From the NCBI RefSeq assembly GCF_009914755.1, contig NC_060933.1: a stretch of 64,000 nucleotides of DNA, one strand, 5' to 3'. Source of the stretch: the human T2T-CHM13v2.0 reference genome, Homo sapiens. Position numbers and translations under genes: made by a program. Position 1 is the stretch's first letter. Each line of letters starts with the position of its first letter. Below, one piece after another: positions 26,903 through 40,999 of this stretch. Below the pieces are notes generated by a model. The model was not told the origin of the DNA, did no database searches, and saw nothing but the letters and a program-made list of their open reading frames with translations.

Positions 26903-27040
26903 GCATGGTGGCATGCCCCTGTGATCCCAGCTACTCCATAGGCTTAGGGGGGAGAATCACTTGTGCTTGAGAATTCAAGGTTGCAAGGAGCCATGATCAC
27001 ACCACTGCACTTCATGCTGGGTAACTGAGTGAGACCCTGT
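26899..27040 (+). mobile_element. Old Alu monomer/right-arm fragment
   Basis: gggcatggtggcatgcccctgtgatcccagctac...gagtgagaccctgt. Confidence 0.8.
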
Positions 27041-27157
27041 GATTTTTCCCCTACATTTTACAGAATTTTTTTTTGCCTCTTTCTTCTATTAATTTATGTT
27101 TTGTCCATTCATTTTCTGCAAACCTTCAGAGGGCAAATAGGAAGTTTCCCTTTTTAA

Positions 27158-27477
<320 letters not shown>

Positions 27478-28329
27478 CTACTGCCTCACTGAATTAAAGG
27501 TGTGTTCAGCAGTTTCTTTGTTATTTCGAAGAGTGTCATCTGCTTCAGCAGGGTCAGTTTTTAATGTATTTGTTTTGTTTCTTTTTTCTCTGTCTGGTGT
27601 TGTTTTCTATTTTATTATAATTTTTTAAATTTGAGGGATGAGGTTTTCATAGCACTGAATATCAAACAATGAATCCGCATGAATGATTCACCTAATTTCC
27701 TTGGTTTTAGTCCTCTATACAGGTTTTATATAGCAAAAGAACCATTTAAAGACTTGGGTTACAAATGTATTTTATTTTACCTCTGGCATGCCTTGGGCTG
27801 AGAAAGCATTATATGGTGGCGCAGTATTTGTAACATTCTCATAGCCATCTGGCGGTGGTTCAAGGTATGACACTTTGAAAATCTAGCAAGAATTAAAATA
27901 TGTCAAGTTAGAGATAAAAATTCCAGATTATTATTAAGATATAATTCATTTTGCCCCAAGTATATACTTCAGATTAAGCATCCTGGAACTAGGTTCTATA
28001 ATTAAATAGATAAATTACACTGACAACAATGAGAAAGAGCCTTATCATTATTATTGTCTTCCTAATAGAAACTTTTATAAATGCATGCAATCCCAGGTAA
28101 CCAAAAGTTTCCTTATAAAGTGTAACAGCAGAGCTTCAAAGGTGGCATTTGGCAAGCCCCTTTTTTTGACTATGCCTTTTCAGCTTCCTTTGTGGGTTCC
28201 TTTTCTTTCATCTTTATTTAAATAATATTTCCCTATGTTTTATCCCCAGCCCATTGCTTGCCTCTGTACTGCCTCCCTGCGAGACTTCATTAAGTATCAG
28301 AATTTTACCAATAGCTCATATGCTTATGA

Positions 28330-29170
28330 TGCTTACCTTTTCAGATTCGTATATTTAAATGTTTTGTGATTATTTCATCCTGGATGTCCAAACTCAACAT
28401 GTTAAAATTCAAATTTATCATCTCTCACCCCGGGCCTGCTTTTGGTCTGCATTTCCTACCTCTATTAATAGCTTCAGTTATTAGCCACCGACACCAGACA
28501 GTCTCGGAGTCATCCTGAACTCTATCTTCCCCTCCTTCCCCAAGTCAATCACTAATCAAGTCCTGCTAATACATTTCCTTACTATTTCTGAAATCCATCC
28601 CTCTTCCTCATTCCTACTAACATCCTAATTTAAAACTTTATTATCTTTTACCTGGACTATTGTCTTAAGACAACAACTTTAACCCGTTGCTTAGCCTAGG
28701 TGTAATCCACAGAGGATCTTGTCTGTCTAAGATGCCCCTCTAGCCACATCCTTCCCCTGCTCAGATCTTGTCATTGGCTCCCATGAACTGAAGTTGAAGT
28801 TTAAGCTCCTTAGGACAGCATACACGCCCTTCTATGATCTGTTCCCAGAACATATTTACTGGTTTATCTCATATCATGGCCCACTTTGTATTTTACACTT
28901 TTGAAATACAGAAAATCATTACATTCTCCCAATAATACTAAGCTAGTATATGCCTAAAAGCCTTTGCCAATATTTTGTCTTTTGTTGAGAATTCTCTTAG
29001 CTTATTTTGTCACGTGGTTAACTCCTTATGTCCTTTCACGACTCACATGTCAAGACTTCAGGAAACCTTCTCTAACTCCCAGGCTGGGCTGAGTGACCCT
29101 TTTCTGGGTAAATAATGAACTCTAATCATACTCTTCATAGCACTTACCATACTAATTTGAAGTCTGAAGT
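28330..29170 (+). mobile_element. L2 remnant
   Basis: cctggatgtccaaactcaacatg, ggagtcatcctgaactc, tacctggactattg and catagcacttaccata are L2-like motifs. Confidence 0.6.
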
Positions 29171-29615
29171 ATTCCATTTTCTGCCTCAGTTTACTTAGGC
29201 AAAGGAACCATGTCCTAGTCTCATTCTGGCCTCAGGACTTCAGCCTGGGCGACAGTGGGAGACTGTGTGTCAAAAAAAAAAATTGCCAATGATTGAAGCC
29301 TAATACTGAAGATTCTGGTTTATTAATAATTAGTCTGTTGCTGGGTGTTAATTGAGCTCTCCAAGTGATTACTCATGTAGGACTTCAAAACGATAATTTA
29401 GAACCTTGTGACTAAAAATCTGGGCAAAAATAAGCAGCATCAGTATCACCTGGGAGCAGCTTCAGGTCTCACTTTAGATTTACTCTGAATCTAAATATTA
29501 TATTTTTATTAAAAAAATTAAGAACAGATGACAATCTTCAACTACATCTAAATTCTTTAGATTTACTTTAAAAGAATCAACATTTTGACACAATACCAAA
29601 GTGAACTAAATTCGC

Positions 29616-29918
29616 TTTTTTTTTTTTTTTTTTTTTGAGACAGAGTCTTGCTCTGTTGCCCAGGCTGGAGCGCAGTGGTGCAATCTCGGCTCACTGCAAC
29701 TTCCACCTCTCCAGTTCAAGCGATTATCTTGCCTCGGCCTCCAAAGTAGCTGGGATTACAGGCACATGCCATCATGCCCGGCTAATTTTTGTATTTTTAG
29801 TAGAGACAGGGTTTCACAATGTTGGGTCAGCTGGTCTCGAACTCCTGACCTCAAGTGATCTGCCTGCCTCGGCCTTCCAAAGTGCTGAGATTATAGACAT
29901 GGGCCACCATGCCCAGCC
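29616..29918 (-). mobile_element. AluS element
   Basis: Full antisense dimer; TSD taaatt(c/t)gcttt at 29607 and 29919. Confidence 0.95.
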
Positions 29919-30034
29919 TAAATTTGCTTTAATTTGGAGAAGTACTGGTCTAGAAAACACAAATTCCAAGGAGACTCAGGTTCTTAAGTTGATTTCTTGA
30001 GTACAAGTTCTTCAAATGCATTCTCCAAGATTAA

Positions 30035-32280
30035 TTTTTTTTTTTACTTTTTAAATTGACAAAGATTATACATATTCATGGCTATACGGGGATGTTTCAG
30101 TACATGTAGATGGTGATCAGATCAGGGTAATTAGCATATCTATCATCTCAAACATTTATTATTTCTTTGTGTTGGGAACATTCAAACTACTCCTAGGTAT
30201 TTTAAACTACATAATATAGTATTGTTAACTATAGTCATCTACAGTACTATAGAACACTAGAACTTATTACTCCTACCTAGCTGTAATGTTGTATCCATTA
30301 ACAAATCTCTTACCATTCCTCCTTTCTCCCTACCCTTTTCAGCCTGCAGTATCCTCTGTTCTACTTTTTACTTCTATGAGATCAACTTTTCTTTAGCTTC
30401 TGCGTGAGTGAGAACATGTGGTGTTGAAATTTCTATTCCTGGCTTATTTTGCTTAACATAATATCCTCCAGTTCCATCCATGTTGCTGAGAATGACAGGG
30501 TTTTATTTATTCTTTTTTATGGCTAAATAGCATTCCTTGGTGTATATATACCGTATTTTAAAAATCCATTCATCTGTTGTTGGAAACCTAGGTTGATTCC
30601 ATATCTTGGCTATTGTGAACACTGTTGCAATAAACATGGGGATGCAGATGTCTCTGCAATATAATGCTTTTCTTTCCTTTGGATAAATTCCCAGTAGTGG
30701 GATTGCTTGAGGTGTTTCAATACTGTTCTCCATACTGGCTGCTCTAATTTACATTCCTACCAACAGTGCATAAGAGTTCCTTTTTCTCCAGCTACTCAGG
30801 AGGCTGAGGGAGGAGAACTATTTGAACCCTAGAAGCAGAGGGAGCCAGATTACACCACCACTGCACTCCAGCCTGGACGGAGAGTGAGATTCTGTCAAAA
30901 AAAAAAGTCCCTTTTCTTCACGTCTTTGTCAGCATTTGTTATTTTTGTCTCTTCTATAATAGCCATCCTAACTGGAGTAAGATGATGCCTCACTGTGGCT
31001 TTGATTAGCATTTCCTTGCTGATTAGTGGTGTTGAACATTTTTTCATATATTTGTTGGTCATTTGTATGTCTTCTTTTGAGAAATGTCTGTTCAGAGCAT
31101 TTGTTTATATTTAATTAGATTGTTGTGCTTCTTTGCTGTTGATATGTTTGAATTCCTTGTATATTCTTGATATTAATTTCCTGCCAGATGAGTTTATACT
31201 TTCTCCCATTCTGTAGGTTGTCTTTTCACTCACTTTCTTATTTCCTTTGCTGTGCAGAAGATTTTTAGCTTGATGTGATCCTATTTGTTTATTTTTTCTT
31301 TTGTTGCCTGTGCTTTTGATGCCTTATTCATAAAATATTTTCCCAGAGCAATGTCCTGAAGGATCTCCCCTATGTTTTCTTCTAGTAGCTTTACCATTTT
31401 GGGTCTTATATTTGGGTATTTGAGATACTTTGAGTTGATCTTTGTATAGGGTGAGAGGCAGAGGTCTAGTTTCATTCTTCTGCATATGGATATCCAGTTT
31501 TTCCAGCACCATTTATTGAAGAGACTATCCTTTCCCCAATGAGTGTTCTTGGCATCTTTGTAAAAAATCCGTTGGCTGAGATATGTGGATTTTCTGGGTT
31601 CTTTATTCTATTCCATAGGTCTATGTGTCTGTTTTTATGCCAATACCATGATGTTTTGGTTACTACAGTTTTGTAGTGTATTCTGAAGTCTGGTAGCATG
31701 ATACATCCAGCTTTGTTCTTTTTGCTTAGGATGGCTTTGGCTATTCAGGATACTTTTTGATTCCATAAAATCTCTTTGGATTTTTTTTTAATTTTGTGAA
31801 GAATGTTCATAGGTATTTTGATAGAGATTGCATTGAATCTGTAGGTTGCTTTTGAGTAGTACTGTCACTTTAACAACATTCATATTTCTGATCCATGAGT
31901 ATGAATGTCTTTTCATTTGTTTGTATCCTCTTCAATTTCTTTCATTAGTGTTTTGTAGTTTTCATTTTACCTCCTTGGTTACATTTATGTCTGGGTTTTT
32001 TTTTTTTTTTTGGTAACTATTGTAAATGGGTTTGCCTTCTTAATTTCTTTTTCAGCAAGTTTGTTGTTCATATATATAAATGCAACCAATCTTCGTGTAT
32101 TAGTTTTGTGTCTTGCAACTTCACTGAATTTGTTTGTTCTAAAAGTTTTCTGGTAGTCTTCAGGTTTTCCTATATATAACATCATGTCATCTGCAAATAG
32201 GAACAATTTGATGTCCTCCTTTCCGATTTGAATGCCCTTTATTTCTTTCTCTTGTCTAATTACTCTTGATAGGACTTCAC
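30035..32280 (-). mobile_element. L1MA/PB-type 3' portion (ORF2 end + 3' UTR) with an inserted Alu right-arm fragment (30788-30906, +)
   Basis: Minus-strand ORFs resemble ORF2 ([31 protein letters not shown]; LFADDMMLYI). Confidence 0.9.
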
Positions 32281-32515
32281 ATTTATATACTTTGAATATT
32301 TAAAATGTTTACATAAATGTCAGAATCAACTTTCATTTTTCATAGAAAAAGAAGATCCTACTTGTTTTGTAGTTTTAATATTAATCAATTATTATTATCT
32401 GAGACAAATTATTAACAAACCATCTATTAAAATATTTCACCACAAATAAATTCCATAAGGAAAATATCTACAACTGTTTTTATGAAAGAAAAAAAGGCTT
32501 CTCTACAGTTGCTTA

Positions 32516-32807
32516 GGCCTGGTGCCATGGCACACACCTATAAATCCCAGCGCTGTGGGAGGCCATGGCAAGAGGATCCTTTGAGCCCAGGAGTTTGAGA
32601 CCAGCATGGACAACAAAGTGAGACCTCATCTCTACAAAAAATAAAAAAGAAATTAGCTGGCCATGGTGGTGCGTGCCTGTGGTCCTAGCTACTCGAGAGG
32701 CTGAGGAAGGAGGATCACTTGAGCCAGGGAGGTGGAGGTTTCACTGAACCATATTCACGCCACTCCACTCCAGCCTGGGCAACAGAGCTAGACCTTGTCT
32801 CAAAAAA
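32516..32807 (+). mobile_element. AluJ element
   Basis: gaggatcctttgagcccaggagtttgagacc (J-type diagnostic). Confidence 0.9.
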
Positions 32808-32888
32808 TTAAGTTAGTTAAATTAAACATAAAGTTGCATTGTACTTAAGAAATTGGGAAAGCAGAAAATGCTTCTGTTTTTCTTTTGA

Positions 32889-33125
32889 GTTGAACAATGA
32901 GAACACATGGACACAGGGAGGGGAACATCACATACCGGGGCTTGTCAGGGGGGTGGGAGGCTAGGGGAGTGATAGCATTAGGAGAAATACCTAATGTAGA
33001 TGATGGGTTGACGGGTGCAGTAAACCACCATGGCATGTGTATACCTATGTAACAAACCTCCACGTTCTGTACATGTATCTCAGAACTTAAAATGTAATAA
33101 TAACAATAATAAAAACCTCAAAAAA
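32889..33125 (+). mobile_element. Short L1PA 3' end
   Basis: gttgaacaatgagaacacatggacacagggagggg...cagaacttaaa + A-rich tail. Confidence 0.9.
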
Positions 33126-33519
33126 AGGAAATGCTTCTTCTTAGAACAGATTACATACCCTCATTGCTTTTTATAATAGCCTGTAATAACAGAATATCCA
33201 CAAGGTGGCAGTAATATATCAGTTTCATCCTCTGAAATTAAAACTTTTGCCTATTCAGTAATACAATGGATCTTTTGAACTCACTCTAACACGTAGAATA
33301 CAGCAATTTGACTTAATAATTAGCCTTTAAATTTATAGTCTTGTATTATCACTTTAGTAGATTATTTTGTATTTTAATATATTTAAATGAATTAGTCCTA
33401 TAGAAATTGACTAATTTGACATGTGAAGGTGTTTTTATTCTATTTTCAGAAGTTTAGCTTTAAAAAAATTTCTAAACTTCGATATCTGGTGAGTGTCAAT
33501 GTTTTTATCTTATTAAAAG

Positions 33520-34210
33520 CTGACAGACCACACTATATTCAACTGATTTTTTTTTTAACAAGGATGCAAAATCAGTTTAAAGGAAGGATATCTTTTTCAA
33601 CAAATGGTGCTACAGCAATTGGACATTCACAGGTACAAAAACTAAGACTGACCTAAATTTATACTTTATATAAAATTTAGCTCACATAAATCACAGGCTT
33701 AAATGTAAAATGTAATATTATAAAACTTAAAGTTGTGTATGGTAGCTCGTGCCTGTAATCCCAGCTACTACTCAAGTGGCTGAGGTGGAAGCATCACTTC
33801 AATCCAGCAGTTAGTGGCTGCAGTGAGCAATGATGGCACCACTGCACTACAGTTTGGGCGAAACCTCGTCTCAAAAATAATTAATAAATAAATAAATTCA
33901 CTAAACTTTTTAAAATAGAAGAAAACTCTTGAGACCTTGGGCTAGGCAAAGAATTTTTAGGCTTGATATTAAAAACAAAATCTACAAAAGGAAAAAGTGA
34001 TAAAACTGGACTTCATTAGAATAAATAAACACTTTTTTTTTTTTTTTTTTTTACTTAGAAAGACCCTGTAAAGAGGTTGAAAAAATGAATTACAGACTGG
34101 GAGAAATAATTTCATACCATATATCTGACAAAGAACTTACATCTAGCATATGTAAAAAATTCTCAAAACTCAATAGTAATAAGATACCAATTAGAAAATA
34201 GGCATATGTG
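33520..34210 (+). mobile_element. Old L1M ORF2 3' fragment containing an Alu monomer (33735-33897)
   Basis: caactgatttt...aacaaggatgc; acagactgggagaaataattt...atatctgacaaagaact. Confidence 0.7.
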
Positions 34211-37200
34211 ACCTCTCTGTATTATAACTTAAACCTCATGTGACTACAATTATTTCAAATGAAATAAACAAAACAGTAATGCCTGTTTCTGGCATATAAA
34301 ATAATCAGAGAACATAGAATTGTACGAAGTTAAATTATTGGGCCATTTACTTAATTTAAATATTTTTAAATGCGTGTACCCATTTTGCTTGAAGGTGTGT
34401 GCAAGTATGCTTGTATTTTTTTAACGATAATATGGTCACATGAGCATTAAATTTATTTTTTAAAAGTTTATAGTTACCCCACACAAGTTCTTATTGATTC
34501 CCTCATTCTTAACACCTGCATAGTATTTCATTTTATAATTAATGGATTGTAGGTTTATTCTTTTAAAATCACTTGTGTTGTTCTCATTTTTTTTTTCACT
34601 AAAAAGTGTTGCAATGCACAAAACTAAAAATATAAGGAGGGTCTTTTCTGGATCTCTGTTGAAAAACTTTGAATAAAAATTACAAGTTCAAATCACATGC
34701 AAAATAAACATTTTAATTAATCGGGCTTTTATGCAAGATGTTAGTAGCAGTAGCAGCACAGTTTTATTAAGATCCCTGAATCTCTCACAAAAACTGACTG
34801 AGCAACTGGGATAACAAGGTATTAACTACGACAAAACAATGTAACGGGTGTCATCATGGACGTTTTGTGAGGTTAAACCACAGGGACCCAGGGGAATCAC
34901 CAATTTTTTTGGAAGAAGGAAAGGAAAGGAAAAAAATGTTTAATGGCCCTGGGAACTGGAAAACCTAGAAATACAAGCGCTAACATCTATGTTCCTAAAT
35001 TCAGAGATTCTTACTAGGCAAAAAGAACTCAGCAGATTAATCTGAGAACAGCAGCTGAGGCTGGCAGAAGGCTTCCTGGGCCTCAACTCATAGCTGAGAG
35101 TGAGGGTGGCAAAAAGCAGTGCTGTGAGTGGTCTGTTTCCTATGAACCCTACAAATTAACCACCCCCAAAACAAAGCCCTGTCCTAAGGAGAAACTGCAG
35201 GAAGTCAATTATAAATTGAGTTGGGAAGCACACTGAGGCTCAAGAAAAGGGAAGCTCCAGGTTAAGATGCAAGAGAAGGGAAAAGGCAGTTTTCTGCAAG
35301 TTCAAGCACAAATAATTTCTTTACCTTCTAGTTCTGGAAATACCAGGTGCTGTGTATGTAAAGCAGGAATTTTGGTTGAATATTATATAATTTTCTGACC
35401 CACTGTTACTAATCCAGTTTCCCCTGTACTCAGATCTTCCATACTACAGACAGACCTGACAGATGCTCAGCAAATAGTAGCTAATATTTTCTAGGAAACT
35501 ATGTGCTAAACGAGTTTTCTTAAATTTCTACCTCCAGGTCTGTAAGTTGATTTGAAGCATTACCAGTTTCTGGTTCTGCACAGGTTGTTGAGCGCAGGAC
35601 TTCTCTCCTCCAGTGGAAAGTCCACCTGCTCACAATCAACCATCCTTTCCTGCAGCCTTGGAGACACTACTCAGTGTAGCACGCCTCCCAGTCTAGAATA
35701 GGCACACTCATCATCAGTCTCTCTCATTTTCTGTCTTATCTCCATTCCATCTACGTACAGTTTTTGTTTTCGCCAATGTTTTTAAATAAACAATTGTACA
35801 AGCACGACGACAACAGAAACCTTCCTTCCCCCAGTGTTGTAGTGAGCAAGGAATATATTTAACTTCAAATAAAAGACAAGAACAAATGCTGGATAAAGCT
35901 GACAGAAAGAAATGCAACTGTAGGTGCTCTGGCAATATAGAAATGATACAACTAAGAAAAATGGAAGAAAAGGAAAGAGAAAGTATTCCTCAGAATGATT
36001 TTACTGACTGCTCATCTGTAATGCCTGGGAGTCAAAGGATATTGTTTATAGAAATGTAAGCATACTTAATGGCACCAGGGGAAACAAAGTTAATATGATT
36101 AAATCAAATTGTGGGATGAAAAATCACATAGGGAGGACAAGAAAGAGAATACAGCTAATACCATTGTTCTTAGTTTAGAGACATTAGCTACTGTCTAAAG
36201 AAAGAGATGATTTTATGAAATTACATAAGGTAGCCATCAGAATAAAAGTTTAACTCTTCCAAATATCACAACATCAAAACAAAAGCAATAAAAACAAACA
36301 AGACAGCAAAAGACAGATATGTGCATATAAATCATAGCATAATATACTGTAATCAAAATATAACCAAACACAATTTATCATTAAAAGTAAGTGGGCTTGA
36401 CTCTTATTAGAGGAAAAAAATATTGTCAGATTAAATCAAAAAGCAAATCTCAATTCTATGCTGGATATAAGATAAGGTGTTACAGAAAGTTTAGAAATAA
36501 AAGTATAGGCAATGAATAAAAGGATCTTCTCTTCATGCGTTAGGAGTATAAAACAGTAAGTAAACACATCATATGTTTTCTGTTTTTACACTTAAATGGC
36601 TGGAGATGTTACACCACTAGTATGAATTTACTTCAGATATATAAAGGATACACTTTTATGTGGTTAGAAACAGCAATGATAATAGGTAAGGTGAAAATAA
36701 CTTCTGCATTGAGGCTAGGAAGAAAGAGCCATTGTTGGGTACATAGTGATCGTATTACCATGGAGCAATCTGTTCCCAACTGAAATGTCCTTGACCTTCT
36801 ACTGAAATCATGTAAGATTCTGCAAAAGTAGTGTTTGCTTCCCACAAATCAGCCATTTGTGGGAATGGCTGCTATTGTTGTCCACACGGAATGAGCATCA
36901 GACCTATATTTAGCTGTTGTTTCATTAAGGGTCGTATTTGGCCCTTTCCAGAGGCTGTTATTTCAATTATATTTTGGAGAATTAGTCTATTTCCTGACAA
37001 ATAATTTTTCCAGAACTTTGATCCATATGAAATGTCCCTTTGGTAGGGATCCAGGGATTGAGTTTATTTTTAATTACTGTAGCATCCTGGTCAGGTTGAG
37101 AAACAGATTACCTTTATATTTCCCTGGCATGTAAGCAGGGCTAGATTTAGCGTGAGAATGCTTGAAAGTTTATAGTTTTTTAGAAATTTTAATTACTGTG

Positions 37201-37602
37201 TGTCTCTTTATCAAAATAAAATTAATGCTGAAAAGCTATATTAAATGAATTATTTTGAGATGGTCTCTTCCCCCTTCTTCCAGTGAGAGGATATCCACAG
37301 ATATGTCAGGAGCTTGCTTTACCTAGAAATGTGTTGAGGGCCACAGGTTTGGGTTCACCTAGGAATGTTTAGGGACACCTCCCCAAGTTGTTGTTGAAGA
37401 GTGGGGTAAATGTAAGATAGAATTAGGCTCATGGAGGCCAGATGAGAGCATCATATCACCCCAGAAACATAGCATATACCTAGGAGATCTGTTCTCAGTA
37501 TCAAAGTCTTAAGCACTGTAAGATTGCCTATAGACCAAGACAACAACTATATATATATATAGTTAATAAAATCAGTTAATATATAAACATATATTTATTA
37601 AC

Positions 37603-37768
37603 TTATTTTTATTTTTATCTTCAGACAGCATCTTGCTCTGTCACCTAGGCTGGAGTGCAGTAGTGCAATTAAGGCTCACTGCAGCCTTGACCTCTGGGGC
37701 TGAAGCTATCCTCCTGCCTCAGTCTCCTAAAGTGCTAGGATGAGAGGTGTGAGTCACCTTGCCAGGCC
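37603..37768 (-). mobile_element. Alu monomer (FAM/FRAM-like or recombined AluJ)
   Basis: Single-arm antisense Alu text. Confidence 0.8.
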
Positions 37769-38521
37769 CAGGGCAATAACTATGCAATGTTTATATAATT
37801 TGGAGCAAAACATATTTGAAATATGTGTGCATTGCTCTTTAACCTTTTCTACTGATTTACTTTATTAAATACTGAATAGAAACAATATATTTATAAAATA
37901 TTTATTTTATATATATAATAAGCACATAATGAACACCTGTGTCTCCAGTCTTGGTTTAAGAAATTAAGCCAAAAGTAATCATAAGTGCTTATGATTACTT
38001 TTGAAGTCACCTGTACAACTTTTGCTGACTACATCCCCTTCTTCAACACTCTAACGATGGCCACTGTGAGCACTGTGTATATTGAATTGTGTTGTATTTT
38101 AATACGGTGTGCACTACTTTGTTTTCCTAGCTGTATGCTATTGCATTTAGTGAGCATAATGAATTATATCAGTATAATTCACTTTTGTCATTTCATTGTT
38201 TCAGCTCTTCTGTACTAATTATTGCCAATATATTTCTACTGGCATAAAAACAGACACATAGGACAGTGGAACAGAATAGAGATCGCAGACAAATCTACAC
38301 ATTTACAAACAATTCATCTCTGACAAAGGCATCAAGAACATACACTGGGAAAACAACAGTCTTTTCAATAAATGATCCTGGGAAAACTGAATAACCATAT
38401 GCAGAAGGATAAAATTAAACCCATCTCACCATACACAAAAATCAAATCAAATAAAAATGGATTAAAGACTTGAATCTGAGACCTGAAACTATGAAGCTAG
38501 TAAAAAAAACAAAATAGGAAA

Positions 38522-38766
38522 GGCCGGGCGCGGTGGCTCTTGTCTGTAATCTGAGCACTTTGGGTGGCCAAGGCGGGCGGATCACAAGGTCAGGAGATCG
38601 AGACCACCCTGGCTAACACGGTGAATCTCCATCTCTACTAAAAATACAAAAAACAAAAAAAAAAATTAGCGGGGCATGATGGTGGGCGCCTGTAGTCCCA
38701 GCTACTCGGGAGGCTGAGGCAGGAGAATGGCGTGAAAAAAAAAAAAGAAAGAAAGAAAGAAAGAAA
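38522..38766 (+). mobile_element. AluY lacking its last ~70 nt
   Basis: Body ends at gaatggcgtgaa, then A-run and (GAAA)n. Confidence 0.9.
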
Positions 38767-39072
38767 GCATAGGAGAAATGCTCCAGGACATTAGTCTGGG
38801 CAAAGATTTTTTTGCATAAGACCTCGGAAGCACAGGCAACAAAAGCAAAAATAGACAATGGGATTATATCAAACTAAAAAGCCTCAAGCAAAGGAAACAA
38901 TCAACAAAGTGAAGAGCCAAGCACAGAATGGGACAAAATATTTTCAAACTATCTATCTGACAAAGGATTAACAAGTAGAATATATAAGGAGCTCAAACAA
39001 CTCAATAATAAACAAACAAAAAATCTGATTGAAAAATGGGCTACTGAAGAGGCTGAGGTAGGAGGATTTCTT

Positions 39073-39380
39073 TTTTTTTTTTTTTTTTTTTTTTTTAATG
39101 AGATGGAGTCTCGCTGTCGCCCAGGTTGGAGTGCAGTGGCGTGATCTCGGCTCACTGCAGGCTCTGCTCCCCCGGGGTTCACGCCATTCTCCTGCCTCAG
39201 CCTCCTGAGTAGCTGGGACTACAGGCGCCCGGCACCAAGCCCGGCTGATTTTTTGTATTTTTAGTAGAGATGGGGTTTCACCGTGTTAGCCAGGATGGTC
39301 TCGATCTCCTGACCTCGTGATCCGCCCACCTCTGCCTCCCAAATTGCTGGGAATACAGGCGTGAGCCACCGCGCCCGGTC
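39073..39380 (-). mobile_element. AluY inserted into an older Alu right arm (~39040-39484, +)
   Basis: Perfect 13-bp TSD AGGAGGATTTCTT at 39060-39072 and 39381-39393. Confidence 0.95.
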
Positions 39381-40388
39381 AGGAGGATTTCTTAATCCCA
39401 GGAGTTTGAGGTTACAGTGAGCTATGATTATGCTACTGCCCTTTAGCTTGGGTGACAAAGCAAGACCTTACTTCTCAAAAAAAATAGTTAAAAATATATA
39501 AATAAATACAATTTAAAAATGGGCTAAAGATCTGAACAGATATTTTCTCAAAAGAAGACAAACAAATGGCCAATAGGAAGACAAAAAATATTCAGTATCA
39601 CTAATCGTCAAAGAAATGCAAATCAAAATCACAATGCAATATCATCTCACCTTGGTTGAAATGACTTGTTTCAAAAAGACAGGCAATAACAGATGCTGGC
39701 AAGGATGTGGAGAAAGGGAAATACTAGTACACTGTTGGTGGGAATCCACATTAATAAAGCCACTATGGAGAATAGTATGGAGGTTCCTCAAAAAAGTAAA
39801 AATAGAACTACCATGTGGTCCAGCAATTTCTTTACTGGATATATATCCAAAATAAAGGAAATTAATGTATCAAAGACATATCTACATGCCGATGTGTACT
39901 GCAGCACTATTCACAATAGACAAAATATGGAATCAACGTAAGTGCTCATCAACAAATGAATAGATTTTAAAAGTCATATATATACATAATGCAATACTAC
40001 TCAGAAACAAAGAAGAATGAAATTCTGTCATTCACAGCAACATAGGTGGCACTGGCCATTTGGTTTAACGTAATGAACATAGGCCATTATGTTAAGTGGA
40101 ATGAGCCAAGCACAGAAAGGCAAATACCACATGTTGTCACTCATATGTGGGCAGTAAAAAAGTGGATCTCATGAAGATAGAAAGTAAATTGGTGGTTGCT
40201 AGAGGCCAGCAAGGGGAGTGGGAAGAGGAGATTAAGAGAAGAAAATATAAATGTATTTATCACCACTAAACTGTCCTCTAAAAATGTACAGATGGTAAAT
40301 TATATATATATATTTTTTAACTCAATAAAAAGTTAAAAAAATTCTGCTGTGTGTTTATAGGGCACATGTACAAGACTTTCTCTAGGGT

Positions 40389-40999
40389 TGTATCAGTTTT
40401 CTATTCCTGCTGTAACAATTTACCACAAATTCAGTGGCTTAAAAGAACACATTTTTGTAAGATTTGAGTCAGTTTTAAAAAACACACACAGACTTATTGT
40501 CTTAGAATTGTTTTGGTTGGAAATCTGGCATGGCTCTCACTGAACTAACATCAAGATGTTGGCAGGCTGCATTTCTTTCTGAAGGCTCTAAAAGAGCATC
40601 TGGGTTGTTGGCAGAATTCAGTTCCTTGTGGTTGTAGATCTTCAGTTTCTTCCTGGTTGTAAACTTTGGGTCATTCCCAGCTTCTAAAGGTCACTGGCTT
40701 TTCTTGGCTTGTGGCCCCCTACCACTGTTTTAAAAGCCAGTAATAGCAGGCCACATCTTTCTCATACTGCCATCTGTCTGAATCTCAGCATCCAGAAAAT
40801 ATTCTCTGCTCTCAAGGAATTATGAGATTAGACTGGCTCACCAAGGTAATTCAAGGTAATTTCCCCATTTCAATGCCCTTAATGGTAATCACATCTGCCA
40901 AGTCTCTTTGAACATGCTAACTTACGTTAGCATGTTCACCTTATCTGAAGACTGGGATGTGGCTGTCTTTGGTGGGGGGCAATTATTCTGCCTAACCCA
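40389..40999 (-). mobile_element. MaLR MLT1 (E/F-type) LTR
   Basis: tgtatcagttttctattcctgctgtaacaatttaccacaaattcagtggcttaaaa...gggggcaattattctgccta. Confidence 0.8.

Larger units (their letters stand above)
38235..40337 (+). mobile_element. L1MA/PB 3' portion carrying three Alu insertions
   Basis: tactggcataaaaacagacacata...; ORF MQIKITMQYHLTLVEM...HCWWE resembles the ORF2 C-terminus; 3' UTR ends caataaaaagttaaaaaa. Confidence 0.9.
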
